From IMG/VR virus record IMGVR_UViG_3300017705_000602: a DNA stretch of 64,000 nt; one strand, 5' to 3'. The notes under the pieces are model-generated. The model did no database searches. It was not told the origin of the DNA and worked only from the letters and a program-made list of their open reading frames with translations. Source of the stretch: a virus (Duplodnaviria; Heunggongvirae; Uroviricota; Caudoviricetes). This document shows, in pieces, positions 17,421 to 26,312 of this stretch. A program made the translations under genes and the position numbers. Position 1 is the first letter of the stretch; each line of letters opens with the position of its first letter.

Positions 17421-17801
17421 ATGTCTGTTCAAGTCCCTGCTATAAAAGCAATCATAATATTGCCATCGGAGCAAAACGAAAAAACACTTTATTTATTGCT
17501 TGAAGATTTCACTTTTAACGGCATCACTGTGCCAAAGGGCTTTGTGACCGACGGTGCCACAATTCCACGCATTTTTTGGCCGATTTTGCCGCCTGTAGAC
17601 AAGTATATGCCAGCGGCAATAGTACACGATTATATGCTAACACAGACAAGCAGACGCGAAGCAGACACCTTGTTTAACGACACGCTTAAACTGTTACGTA
17701 TCAAGCGATATCGTCGATGGTTAATGTATGGTGCAGTAAGGATTTTCGCACACTGGAAAAAACTTGTAACAAAGGTTAAAGGTCTGTATAGTAGCAAGTA
17801 A
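17421..17801 (+). CDS. DUF1353-family phage protein
   Basis: motif GFVTDGATIPRIFWPI and AAIVHDYM typical of DUF1353; start at ATG 17421 after GGAGATAAGC RBS. Confidence 0.6.
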   Translation: MSVQVPAIKAIIILPSEQNEKTLYLLLEDFTFNGITVPKGFVTDGATIPRIFWPILPPVDKYMPAAIVHDYMLTQTSRREADTLFNDTLKLLRIKRYRRWLMYGAVRIFAHWKKLVTKVKGLYSSK

Positions 17802-17814
17802 ACAACATAAAGGT

Positions 17815-18354
17815 TTGCTTATTATGAATTACAACAAAATCGTTTGCTTGGATTTAGAAATGACATGCTGGGACGATGGGCGTGAACCACGCACCGGCGA
17901 AATTATCGAAATAGGTCTAGCCAAGCTCGATCTTTCCACGCAAGAAATCGAAAAAACAGCTTCGTACATTGTTAAACCGGATCACGACGAAGTCAGTGAA
18001 TTCTGCACACAATTAACAGGGCATACCCAAAGCTCTGTGAATCGCCAAGGCCGCCCTTTTGCCGATGTGTTAGACACTGTAGTCAAGAACTTTGGCGGCG
18101 CCAGTGTAATATACGGCTCGTGGGGCAGAGATGACTTGGTCATGCGCAAAGAATGCGAAGCAAAAGGAATCGTTTATCCTTTTAAAGAATACATCAATCT
18201 AGCAACTGTATTTAGAATGCAACAGCGTGTCAAGAACAAACGTTTCGGGCACAAACGAGCAATGCAGATTGCAGGCTTGGAGTGGGAAGGACGCCAGCAT
18301 TCGGGTGTAGTAGATGCAACCAACCTAGCAAGATTAACAATGACCATGCTGTAA
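17815..18354 (+). CDS. DEDDh 3'-5' exonuclease (DnaQ/KapD-like)
   Basis: Exo I CLDLEMTCWDDG..EIIEIG (D-x-E), Exo III HSGVVDATNLARL (H-x4-D). Confidence 0.7.
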   Translation: MLIMNYNKIVCLDLEMTCWDDGREPRTGEIIEIGLAKLDLSTQEIEKTASYIVKPDHDEVSEFCTQLTGHTQSSVNRQGRPFADVLDTVVKNFGGASVIYGSWGRDDLVMRKECEAKGIVYPFKEYINLATVFRMQQRVKNKRFGHKRAMQIAGLEWEGRQHSGVVDATNLARLTMTML

Positions 18355-18355
18355 A

Positions 18356-18384
18356 GGTTGACAAAAGAAACGCATTCAGTTATA
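18356..18384 (+). promoter_or_regulatory. sigma70-type promoter TTGACA-17-TATAAT
   Basis: TTGACA 18356-18361, TATAAT 18379-18384. Confidence 0.55.
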
Positions 18385-18451
18385 ATGTAGACTACTAAAA
18401 CATAAATTAACAAAGGTACAAATTATGAAATAAACTAAAAATAAAGCAACT

Positions 18452-18808
18452 ATGCGTCTGTGGCGTTGGGGGTATGATCAGTTTAGAACTGGTTATAGAA
18501 TATTCACAATTGCTTATATAAAGGCGCTTAGATGGGATATATATTTGTTTCATTATCCCGAAGGGTCGTTTATACCTAAGCATAAAGATCCTTCAAAGTA
18601 CGGCAAGCATTACCGTTTTAATATAACTCTTAAACGACCTGAACAGGGCGGCGAGTTTATTTGCAACAATGTAGTGTTTAGATGGTGGAGATTTTGTTTG
18701 TTTAGAGCAGATGCAAATTACCACCGCGTAACTCGAATTGAAAAAGGTAGCCGTTGGATACTAAGCTTCGGTTTTACATTTAAGCATGACAAAAGTTCAA
18801 ATCGGTAA
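18452..18808 (+). CDS. small 2OG-Fe(II) oxygenase-like protein (paralog of 4609..4941)
   Basis: FIPKHKDPSKYGKHYRFNITLK HxD...H pattern shared with the 4609 paralog. Confidence 0.5.
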   Translation: MRLWRWGYDQFRTGYRIFTIAYIKALRWDIYLFHYPEGSFIPKHKDPSKYGKHYRFNITLKRPEQGGEFICNNVVFRWWRFCLFRADANYHRVTRIEKGSRWILSFGFTFKHDKSSNR

Positions 18809-19415
18809 TAACAGCATGGAACTTCCGGAAGGCCCAATTGGGCTTTCCTTTTCTACCGGTCTCGATAGTACAATTTTGTTGTACTTGCTTGCACAGCAAG
18901 TAAAGTCGGATTTACATTTGTTTACTATAAGTGTTCATTCTCGAGACCTACATGCAATCAAGTATTCGGCAGATATACTCAATTGGGTAATTGCACAAAC
19001 AGGTAAAACAAACATTTATCTGCATGTGACTGTAAAGCAAGATGCCGACGATGCATTAGGCAATGCAGGATTATACAAGACACCGGCTGAATATTTAGCA
19101 AGAGGCTTAATCAACTGCGTAGTAACTGGACATAACAGTTTACCGCCCGATGAAATCGATCTAGGATGGCCTGCAAAAGATTCGCACGATTACAAAATTC
19201 GAACTCCGCACGAACAGCGCGATATCGAATTTGCAACAAATTGGTTCAGTCCATTGACAAACTGCAACAAGAAACAGATTGCAGAACTTTTTTTAGAAAA
19301 TGGTGCATTAGCACTTGCGAAAAAGACTAATAGCTGTTATACTTCGTATAACGAAGAGCCATGTAAGCAGTGCTTTGCTTGTAAAGAAAAATTCTGGGGC
19401 TTTGGGTTTTACTAA
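18786..19415 (+). CDS. QueC-like PP-loop ATP pyrophosphatase, paralog 1 (degenerate PP-loop)
   Basis: N-terminal LSFSTGLDSTILLY (variant of SGGxDS) and C-terminal Zn-ribbon CYTSYNEEPCKQCFACKEKFWGFGF matching QueC TCY..GCGxCxxCxxRxxGF. Confidence 0.6.
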   Translation: MTKVQIGNNSMELPEGPIGLSFSTGLDSTILLYLLAQQVKSDLHLFTISVHSRDLHAIKYSADILNWVIAQTGKTNIYLHVTVKQDADDALGNAGLYKTPAEYLARGLINCVVTGHNSLPPDEIDLGWPAKDSHDYKIRTPHEQRDIEFATNWFSPLTNCNKKQIAELFLENGALALAKKTNSCYTSYNEEPCKQCFACKEKFWGFGFY

Positions 19416-19470
19416 GATAAATAGGTAGACAAATCTCACTTGATAAGTTACAATATGCACTTATTAGATA

Positions 19471-19668
19471 ATGAGTAAAAAAATGTCAGCACCAACAAAA
19501 GACGAAATGTTCAAGCGTTTATGCAATGCAGTCTTGTACTGGGATAAAATAGACCAGCAATTCTTTGCTGACAATCCGACATATTTTGTAACAGATATTA
19601 AAAACTTCGCTAATCAGATACGAGAGTATCAAACGGAGTACCCGGAATCACTCAACGAAGATAAATAA
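19471..19668 (+). CDS. small hypothetical protein
   Basis: 65-aa ORF. Confidence 0.4.
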   Translation: MSKKMSAPTKDEMFKRLCNAVLYWDKIDQQFFADNPTYFVTDIKNFANQIREYQTEYPESLNEDK

Positions 19669-19677
19669 ACATATAAT

Positions 19678-19808
19678 GCGGGCGTAGCTCAGTTGGATTA
19701 GAGCAACGGTTGTTTAAATGTCCCCTGTGCCGACACCGGTCTTCTAAACCGGAAGCATAAAAAACGTTGGGTTGGAGCTGGGAGGTTCGACTCCTCCAGG
19801 GGATGCCA
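19678..19808 (+). other. composite tRNA-like region upstream of HNH gene
   Basis: 19678-19710 = normal tRNA 5' part (acceptor gcgggcg, ta, D-arm gctc agttggatta gagc). Further on: perfect hairpin ccggt-ctTCTaa-accgg, perfect T-arm ggagg ttcgact cctcc, then aggggat-g-CCA (matches gtcccct at 19718). No canonical cloverleaf. Confidence 0.35.
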
Positions 19809-19864
19809 TTTTTAAAATCTGTGATAAATACTTTTACTTTAATGTTAGAAGTAGAAGAATTATC

Positions 19865-20563
19865 ATGGATTATAAGAAATTATACTATTCGATTATTGAA
19901 AAGCGACAAAGGTGTACACCTACTGGATATACTGAAAAACATCATATTGTCCCAAGGTCGTTAGGTGGTACTAATGACAAAGAAAATTTAGTTAAGTTAA
20001 CTGCTAGAGAGCATTTTCTTTGTCATTACTTGCTTGCAAAAATGTATAGCAAAGAATCAGTTGAATGGTATAAAATGAATCATGCATTTTTAATGATGAA
20101 GTCATCGTCGGCAACACAACAACGGTACTTTAATTCGAAACTGTATGAAAGCTTAAAAGTGAATATGTCGTTTGTGATGTCAGAATCACAAACGGGCAAC
20201 AGGAACTCTCAGTACGGAAAGCGATGGATACACTCTGTGGAGTTACAGAAATCTGTTAAAATTCCTAAGGATGATCCTTTACCTGACAACTGGAAAGAAG
20301 GCAGAAGAGTTAACTGGGATCTTGTTAAAACATGCCCACAATGCGGTACAGAGTTTTTAAAGAGTTTAAAGAAGTACTGTTCGGATGATTGCAAGGATAA
20401 GGCAACTAATCCTTTCCGTGGTAAAGAACAAGAGTTTTTAGAATTGTATGCGGAGTACCAGAGCATGAACAAAGCCTTAAAGGCAATGGGATACCCTGGT
20501 GCAATTAGTCATTATTACCGTTGGGCGAAATCGGTTATAGGTAATAACAATTCAAATGTTTGA
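19865..20563 (+). CDS. HNH homing endonuclease (paralog of 6967..7644)
   Basis: HHIVPRSLGGTNDKENLVKL..REHFLCH motif; C-terminal CPQCGT..C..C zinc finger. Confidence 0.8.
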   Translation: MDYKKLYYSIIEKRQRCTPTGYTEKHHIVPRSLGGTNDKENLVKLTAREHFLCHYLLAKMYSKESVEWYKMNHAFLMMKSSSATQQRYFNSKLYESLKVNMSFVMSESQTGNRNSQYGKRWIHSVELQKSVKIPKDDPLPDNWKEGRRVNWDLVKTCPQCGTEFLKSLKKYCSDDCKDKATNPFRGKEQEFLELYAEYQSMNKALKAMGYPGAISHYYRWAKSVIGNNNSNV

Positions 20564-20659
20564 TAAATAGTTTTAACAAAGAATTCGACCGACAAACGGA
20601 ATTTCGCTACCGAAAGTCAGGTGTCGAACCGCCCGGGGTAGTGCCCGGGCACTTACAAT

Positions 20660-20743
20660 GTGGGTGCGCATCGGCGAGCAAAGCGGTCTCCAAAACCGTG
20701 GCCTTAATCGGCCTTGAGGGTTCGAATCCTTCCACCCGCGCCA
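20660..20743 (+). tRNA. tRNA with CCA anticodon (Trp-type), atypical 84 nt with extra variable hairpin
   Basis: acceptor gtgggtg/cacccgc (G-U at pos 2), anticodon stem gcggt/accgt, loop ctCCAaa, variable hairpin ggcc-ttaatc-ggcc, T-arm gaggg ttcgaat ccttc, CCA; D-arm not canonical. Confidence 0.5.
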
Positions 20744-20749
20744 TTTTAT

Positions 20750-20825
20750 GCGTCTGTAGTTCAGTTGGTAGAACGTTGTCCTTCCAAGTCAAATGTCGCA
20801 GGTTCGAATCCTGTCAGACGCTCCA
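20750..20825 (+). tRNA. tRNA-Gly (anticodon TCC)
   Basis: acceptor gcgtctg/cagacgc perfect, D-arm gttc agttggta gaac, loop ctTCCaa (one internal stem mismatch), T-arm gcagg ttcgaat cctgt, CCA. Confidence 0.65.
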
Positions 20826-20917
20826 CTCTTTTTCCCACAAACCTCTTTACACTGCAATGTCATTCGTGTATTTTATTATTTAGAACTATAATAAATAAAC
20901 ATCTACAAGGATACAGT

Positions 20918-21325
20918 ATGTCTCTAATATCATGGACTGGCAATGTGAAAGTTTCATATCCAGACAAAGACGATGAACAACAAGCATTGCTATTGATGCT
21001 GACACGAGATCACTCAACTATTGAACTCTGGTCCGGTGAAATAAAAACACAAAAAGTTGTCGGTAGTAAACCAGTTAAGAGAGTTAAAGTACGCAAGCAA
21101 ATACACGGATCGAACGTGTTAATTGACATTGGTATCAAAGATTTTCATAACTATGCAACAAATGTATTCCGGCCGCATCCTTCGTCAGACACATTAATTT
21201 CAGTCAGTGCAAACGGCAAAATGAATTTCACGTTTGATCAGATAACTGAACTGAACTTGGTAATAAAAGAAGCGTACGGTGTGTACTTACAACAACTAAA
21301 GCAAGAGCAAGAAAATGATTCATAA
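20918..21325 (+). CDS. hypothetical protein
   Basis: ATG 20918 after AAGGAT; the track ORF start at 20714 lies inside tRNAs. Confidence 0.5.
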   Translation: MSLISWTGNVKVSYPDKDDEQQALLLMLTRDHSTIELWSGEIKTQKVVGSKPVKRVKVRKQIHGSNVLIDIGIKDFHNYATNVFRPHPSSDTLISVSANGKMNFTFDQITELNLVIKEAYGVYLQQLKQEQENDS

Positions 21326-21400
21326 CACAAACAGGCTACTCAAAATAATCTAGCCAGTGTAGAGTAATACTCAACTGCACTGGTATTATCAGGAGTAGTT

Positions 21401-21676
21401 ATGAAAGACAAACACCGTGCCGCTCGCAGAGCGCAACAGAAACGCATTATCAATAAAGCAAAACGCAAATATAAAGAATGGTGGTGGTTACAAGATCTTT
21501 CCAAAGAAGAGAATCATGTTGCATCGTCAAAGCTTGCAAACAATATGAAAAACTGTTCTTGTTGGATGTGTGGCAATCCACGCAAATTTAGTCAAGGACG
21601 AGCTGAGCTAACTCAACAAGAGTTACGATGCGAACGAAACTTAAGAGAAGGTTTAGATGAGTACTTCGAACAATAA
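21401..21676 (+). CDS. small basic Cys-containing protein
   Basis: Lys/Arg-rich N-terminus, CSCWMCGNPRK motif, AGGAG RBS. Confidence 0.5.
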   Translation: MKDKHRAARRAQQKRIINKAKRKYKEWWWLQDLSKEENHVASSKLANNMKNCSCWMCGNPRKFSQGRAELTQQELRCERNLREGLDEYFEQ

Positions 21677-22094
21677 AACACGCGACAACTATACACACGA
21701 ATTGCTCGATCATGTTCTTTACGGAGACAAAACACTATCCGAGATTAACTATCCGAATGTGACCATGCTCGACATTTCACTGGACATAAAGCGGTGCGAA
21801 GAAAGTGTTAGTTCAATGGGCTCGACATTAAAATTCGCATCGCCAGAAAACGTATGCGAAGAATGCGAAGAAGAACACGGTAACTTGATCAGTACCGTTG
21901 AAGATGCTCATTCGGATCTCGATTGTCACTTAGACACTATTATTACAAATTACCAGGCCTTGCTAGAACGCAATCAGCATTTAGAAAACATTATACATGA
22001 TTTAGTTGGCATGGCAGTCAAAGCAGTTGACGATGACGAAGTCGAACAGTTCGAAGAAAAATTAATACTTAGTAAACTAACCGGGGACAAATGA
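21657..22094 (+). CDS. hypothetical acidic protein
   Basis: 145-aa ORF; CEECEEEHG cluster. Confidence 0.5.
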   Translation: MSTSNNKTRDNYTHELLDHVLYGDKTLSEINYPNVTMLDISLDIKRCEESVSSMGSTLKFASPENVCEECEEEHGNLISTVEDAHSDLDCHLDTIITNYQALLERNQHLENIIHDLVGMAVKAVDDDEVEQFEEKLILSKLTGDK

Positions 22095-22342
22095 ATATCG
22101 TAGTAAAAGATAGCAGTTGGTTAGAGTCCGACATTGCAACATTGTACGGCGACCACAGTGGCAATGTTGAGCAAGTTACATTTGTCGACAACATGCCTAT
22201 TCCTAACTTGTTAGTTCAATTAGGTGTTTTTGCGTCAACATCAAAAGCAAGACAAGCAGGTCGCACAGGGGATATTCCTATCGGATGGTCCGAATACAAA
22301 GCAAGCAAAAAAAGGACGCTGTGGATATGGAACCCGAGATGA
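22091..22342 (+). CDS. hypothetical protein
   Basis: 83-aa ORF, ATGA overlap. Confidence 0.45.
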   Translation: MNIVVKDSSWLESDIATLYGDHSGNVEQVTFVDNMPIPNLLVQLGVFASTSKARQAGRTGDIPIGWSEYKASKKRTLWIWNPR

Positions 22343-23172
22343 AAACGATACCTGCAGACGAGCCGGTGCTGGTAGACGATATTGCAGTTATGACATACAA
22401 CGAATCTCGTGTTATGTCGCAGTATTGGCGTGCCGGTGAATCGTTATGGAAAGGTGTTATGCCATGTAACAGTTTCCAGCTTTTGCACGAAAACAGTATA
22501 CGCCAAACAGTATTCGGGTACTTTGTTAATCAGTGTTTTCGATGCTCAGTAGATGAAATTGCAGATGACGATATCACAGTTAACAATTATTGGCTTGAAA
22601 TACTACCTAAGATTTTGTGGTTATGCGAAGAATGGTTAACCAAAAAACAATTTGTTGAACCCCTTATGGCGCACTGGAATCCCCGAATACAAAAGAATGT
22701 GGTACATCCTGGAATGTCACGTGCAAGTGTGATGCATCTGTTTCCGCAAGGACTTACTGAATTCTCAGTGGTGTATTTTAATACCGGCGGTGGATACGAT
22801 CGCAACACAATGAACAAGCTGAGAAAAATTACAATAGACGATTTAATCGACGATGGCTGGAACACAATGACATTTGTCGCCGACCACGAATCTCTTATTC
22901 CGCATTTTTCAAAAAATATTGAAGCAAATGCAAACTACAAAAAAGATTACCATCGTAAGATAATCGAACGGCTATCGTCAATGTCGATAGAAACAAATAC
23001 TAAAGACACTATATTTACAGATCCGCTGTCAGCTTGGATTAAAAGAAACGGTAACGTACAAATTATTTTCACCGATCAAGAACCGGGTCCGTTAGCACAA
23101 GCAAGGGCATTGTTGTGTGCATTGTTAGGAAAAACGTACACAGACCATGAAGTAAAAGTATCATGCAATTAG
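22327..23172 (+). CDS. hypothetical protein
   Basis: 281-aa from ATG 22327 (AAGGACG RBS); immediately upstream of and overlapping the radical SAM gene. Confidence 0.5.
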   Translation: MEPEMKTIPADEPVLVDDIAVMTYNESRVMSQYWRAGESLWKGVMPCNSFQLLHENSIRQTVFGYFVNQCFRCSVDEIADDDITVNNYWLEILPKILWLCEEWLTKKQFVEPLMAHWNPRIQKNVVHPGMSRASVMHLFPQGLTEFSVVYFNTGGGYDRNTMNKLRKITIDDLIDDGWNTMTFVADHESLIPHFSKNIEANANYKKDYHRKIIERLSSMSIETNTKDTIFTDPLSAWIKRNGNVQIIFTDQEPGPLAQARALLCALLGKTYTDHEVKVSCN

Positions 23173-24128
23173 AGCGAGCAGTAATCGAAATTGCAGGAGG
23201 TTGCAATTACACCTGCGGAATGTGTCCTCAGAGCACAGGACGTGGCAAAGACTTTACCAAAAAGATGTCGGTATCTCATTTTGCTCAACTGCTCGACGAG
23301 ATTGTGGACAAGTATGGCAGCCCTCAGATTAATTTAGAAGGCTCAGGTGAGCCCACTATCAATCGAGATTTACCTTTGTATATACGAGAATGCACAAAGC
23401 GCAATCTTAAAAGTTTCATGTATACAAATGGTGCAAGGTTTAAAGGTAAACTGATGACCGATTCCATTGACGCCGGATTGTCTTTTGTTAGATTCAGTTG
23501 CATTGGCTACAATCGTGAGACTTATAAAAAATGGATGAGTCGTAACAACTTCGATTTGCTGATAAAAAATGCTATTGCTACACAGCAATACATACAGCAG
23601 ACTGAATCAAACTGCACAGTGAGCAGTTATCACCTAATACTAGACAACGCTAACATCGAGTACGAGATCGAGCAGTATCGGCGTAACTTTATTGAGCAAG
23701 TCGAATCAGTTGCGTATATCTGGAAAATGCACAACTGGAGCGGAAACATACAGCCAATATATCTGAGAGATACTTCCGATCGCAGAACATGCGGACGTCC
23801 ATTTGCACCCGAAATAACCATACGAGCCGGTGGCCTAGATGGTAAATACGGAGCAGTAACACCTTGTTGTCAAACTATGGGTCCACCGCACGAAGCCGAA
23901 AGCGTGCTAGGGCATACTTCTGTAAACACAATTGAAGAAATATTTACAGGAGAAAAATATGAGCAATTACGAAAAGCTCATAGACAACAAGACTTTGATA
24001 GTGTATCATATTGCAAAGATTGTGATTTCTTGTATGAAGACCCTGAGGTTCTAGTATGGAGTAACGATACTAGTGCAACAACAAATCACATGCTTGGAAC
24101 AAATTTTAATTTAGAAGATTACAAATAA
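23163..24128 (+). CDS. radical SAM enzyme with C-terminal SPASM/twitch-like Cys cluster
   Basis: N-terminal CNYTCGMC (Cx3Cx2C) in GGCNYTCGMCPQS; C-terminal Cys-rich region TCGRP...TPCCQTMG...SYCKDCDF. Confidence 0.7.
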   Translation: MQLERAVIEIAGGCNYTCGMCPQSTGRGKDFTKKMSVSHFAQLLDEIVDKYGSPQINLEGSGEPTINRDLPLYIRECTKRNLKSFMYTNGARFKGKLMTDSIDAGLSFVRFSCIGYNRETYKKWMSRNNFDLLIKNAIATQQYIQQTESNCTVSSYHLILDNANIEYEIEQYRRNFIEQVESVAYIWKMHNWSGNIQPIYLRDTSDRRTCGRPFAPEITIRAGGLDGKYGAVTPCCQTMGPPHEAESVLGHTSVNTIEEIFTGEKYEQLRKAHRQQDFDSVSYCKDCDFLYEDPEVLVWSNDTSATTNHMLGTNFNLEDYK

Positions 24129-24130
24129 AC

Positions 24131-24206
24131 GCACGGTTGTCTGAACGGTCTAGGTGCAGGATTGCAAATCCTTGTTATGCGAGTTCGAATCTCGCACCGT
24201 GCTCCA
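24131..24206 (+). tRNA. tRNA-Cys (anticodon GCA)
   Basis: acceptor gcacggt/accgtgc perfect, loop ttGCAaa, T-arm gcgag ttcgaat ctcgc, CCA. Confidence 0.65.
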
Positions 24207-24328
24207 AATCCCACTAATGGTAGTTATTTCTACCCAGTCCACTAGAGCTGATTGTAATGCTAGGAGGCCTAAACAGCCGAGGCGCCCAGTTTTACTGTTT
24301 GGTGCCTTTTTTTTGACTAAATATTCAC

Positions 24329-24994
24329 ATGCGAATTGAACTGCTCGGAAATGATTATATTGACATACCCAACGATACCAGTGTAGGTGTCGGATTTAGC
24401 GGTGGTGTTGATTCTACTTTGTTATTGTACATAATGTTGCTATACTCGCCGCATACTGTATTTCCGCTTACTATAACAGTTAACAATCGTTATCATCGCC
24501 ATAAGCAAGTGGCATCGGAAGTTCTTGAACTGTGCTGTAATGAAACAGGCAACCACGAAGTTATACATTCGGCAATACATTGCAACGATATTGATTTAGA
24601 AAATGGCACTAACCCTACTGCATTAAAACAAAACTGGTTTTTAAAGTCTGGCATGATCAGCACTTTGTTTCTTGGTACTAACCAGTTACCACCAGCTGGT
24701 CATATACACACTGAAGACTTTCGACACAATCACACTGACGAGTACTATCGGCGAGAACCCGGTGTGTTAAAAGCTACTAGTACCCACGGTGGTGCATTTC
24801 AGTTGCCACTCATTAATTATGACAAACGACAAATCTGCGAGCTGTACAGAAAGTTTGGTATATCAGATGAAATATACAAGCGCACATGGTCTTGCTCGAC
24901 TATACTCAGTGACAAGGATTGGAATGTAAATAGACATTGTGGGAAATGCGGCCCTTGTCACGAACGTATTTTTGGGTTTGGAAAAATAGAATAG
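24329..24994 (+). CDS. QueC-like 7-cyano-7-deazaguanine synthase family PP-loop ATPase, paralog 2
   Basis: canonical PP-loop VGFSGGVDSTLLLY; C-terminus WSCSTILSD..HCGKCGPCHERIFGFG matches QueC zinc motif. Confidence 0.7.
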   Translation: MRIELLGNDYIDIPNDTSVGVGFSGGVDSTLLLYIMLLYSPHTVFPLTITVNNRYHRHKQVASEVLELCCNETGNHEVIHSAIHCNDIDLENGTNPTALKQNWFLKSGMISTLFLGTNQLPPAGHIHTEDFRHNHTDEYYRREPGVLKATSTHGGAFQLPLINYDKRQICELYRKFGISDEIYKRTWSCSTILSDKDWNVNRHCGKCGPCHERIFGFGKIE

Positions 24995-25015
24995 CGGCCG
25001 AAGCCGCTATTTTTA
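24991..25015. terminator. bidirectional rho-independent terminator
   Basis: palindromic hairpin atagcggc-cgaa-gccgctat flanked by A-run upstream and T-run downstream. Confidence 0.65.
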
Positions 25016-25174
25016 TTTGATTTGAGTAGGTGGCTTAGGACCGCCAGGTCTTCCACCGCCGCCACCAGTTCCACCGTTGCCCGATGAACCCGAGTCTTTG
25101 TTTTTGATTTTGCGCCATATAAAATAGCCAAAACCGCCAACTACTACAACTAAAATTCCAATTTCTAATCCAGA
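25004..25174 (-). CDS. small Gly-rich membrane protein (56 aa), minus strand
   Basis: GGAGG 4 nt upstream of ATG on minus strand; one TM helix then Gly/Pro-rich tail; convergent on the bidirectional terminator. Confidence 0.3.
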
Positions 25175-25272
25175 CATAAAGCCTCCTTGTTATATACAAC
25201 TATTTATCCGGTTAATAATATGTATTGTAAACTACCATGGTTTTTCATGTAAATATAAGCAAGGAGGGAACC

Positions 25273-25659
25273 ATGGTAAAACGAGCAAAATTACTGTTTT
25301 CGGTGCTGTTAGCTGTACTAGTTGCACTGGTTTTTACGTTTGCATTTTCTTTGTCTTTATTGCTCACCGAAACCAAGTTGATTGGCGAACTCGATATAGT
25401 CAACAAATATCAACCTGCTCGAAATAACTTTTCGCTAGAGGTAAAGATATACGATTCCGAGAAAGCACTAACACGGGCCATCAATCGGTATTTGTCACAA
25501 GATGACATGCGTTTGAGATCTGGATTCTCAGTGTGGAAATTTGACGGATCGGAATGTACTATATTTGTAACTGAGCCAATGGTAGAAAAAGACTTTGACA
25601 GTTGGGGACACGAATTGGGTCATTGCGTGTACGGCAATTGGCACCCGCAGAAAAATTGA
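25273..25659 (+). CDS. membrane-anchored HExxH zinc-metallopeptidase-like protein
   Basis: AAGGAGGG RBS, N-terminal TM, C-terminal SWGHELGHCVYGNWH (HExxH). Confidence 0.55.
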   Translation: MVKRAKLLFSVLLAVLVALVFTFAFSLSLLLTETKLIGELDIVNKYQPARNNFSLEVKIYDSEKALTRAINRYLSQDDMRLRSGFSVWKFDGSECTIFVTEPMVEKDFDSWGHELGHCVYGNWHPQKN

Positions 25660-25684
25660 CATAAAACGCACCATGTGTTATATT
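25656..25684 (+). promoter_or_regulatory. sigma70-type promoter TTGACA-17-TATATT
   Basis: TTGACA 25656-25661, TATATT 25679-25684. Confidence 0.5.
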
Positions 25685-25714
25685 ACTAGTTGTTAAACGG
25701 CTAAGGGATATAGC

Positions 25715-25993
25715 ATGTCAGAAATACTAGGTGTTCTAGGCGCAATCTGTGTTGTGCTTGCATATACACTACTTCAATTGGGTAAAACCAACCCAAGAAC
25801 ATACACATACAATTTAATAAACCTAGCAGGGGCCGTTCTACTTCTTTGGTCCCTGCTAATTAACTTCAACCTTGGCAGTTTCATAATCGAAATTGTATGG
25901 ATTGCGATTTCGTTATACGGTTTGTATCAGACACACAAAGGTAAACATGAGAAAAAGAATACAAGTGGATTTGCAAATAGCGCAAGCAAATAA
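25715..25993 (+). CDS. small three-helix membrane protein (possible holin-like)
   Basis: three hydrophobic segments, charged C-terminal tail. Confidence 0.45.
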   Translation: MSEILGVLGAICVVLAYTLLQLGKTNPRTYTYNLINLAGAVLLLWSLLINFNLGSFIIEIVWIAISLYGLYQTHKGKHEKKNTSGFANSASK

Positions 25994-26186
25994 CTATATA
26001 ACTGTACAGGACGCGCTCACCGATCTAACACATCGACTAGACGCAAATAAAGAAAAAGAAACAGTTGACGTATGCGAAGATCTTCTGTTATACTACAAGT
26101 CACAAATAGAAAAAGGCAAATGTGCTACAACAAGTTTAACATATTCGTTAAAGCACAATGTAATTGTACGATATTTAAAGGAATAG
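25947..26186 (+). CDS. hypothetical protein
   Basis: ATG 25947 with AAAGG RBS, overlapping 3' end of upstream gene. Confidence 0.3.
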   Translation: MRKRIQVDLQIAQANNYITVQDALTDLTHRLDANKEKETVDVCEDLLLYYKSQIEKGKCATTSLTYSLKHNVIVRYLKE

Positions 26187-26312
26187 ATATTGGAAAATTT
26201 TTTAATCAACGGATTGATGTTTGTGACATTTTACGTGCTGTGGTATATAGCTAGCGTAAAAATCACAAAAGCAATACAACTTAAAACACATGGATTTTGG
26301 ATAGACTAACAC

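Noticed and set aside
23163-24128. Radical SAM protein as QueE (7-carboxy-7-deazaguanine synthase)
   Set aside because: QueE is ~210-250 aa without a SPASM-type C-terminal Cys cluster. This protein is 321 aa with an additional CCx...CxxC region. It is kept as a generic radical SAM/SPASM enzyme.
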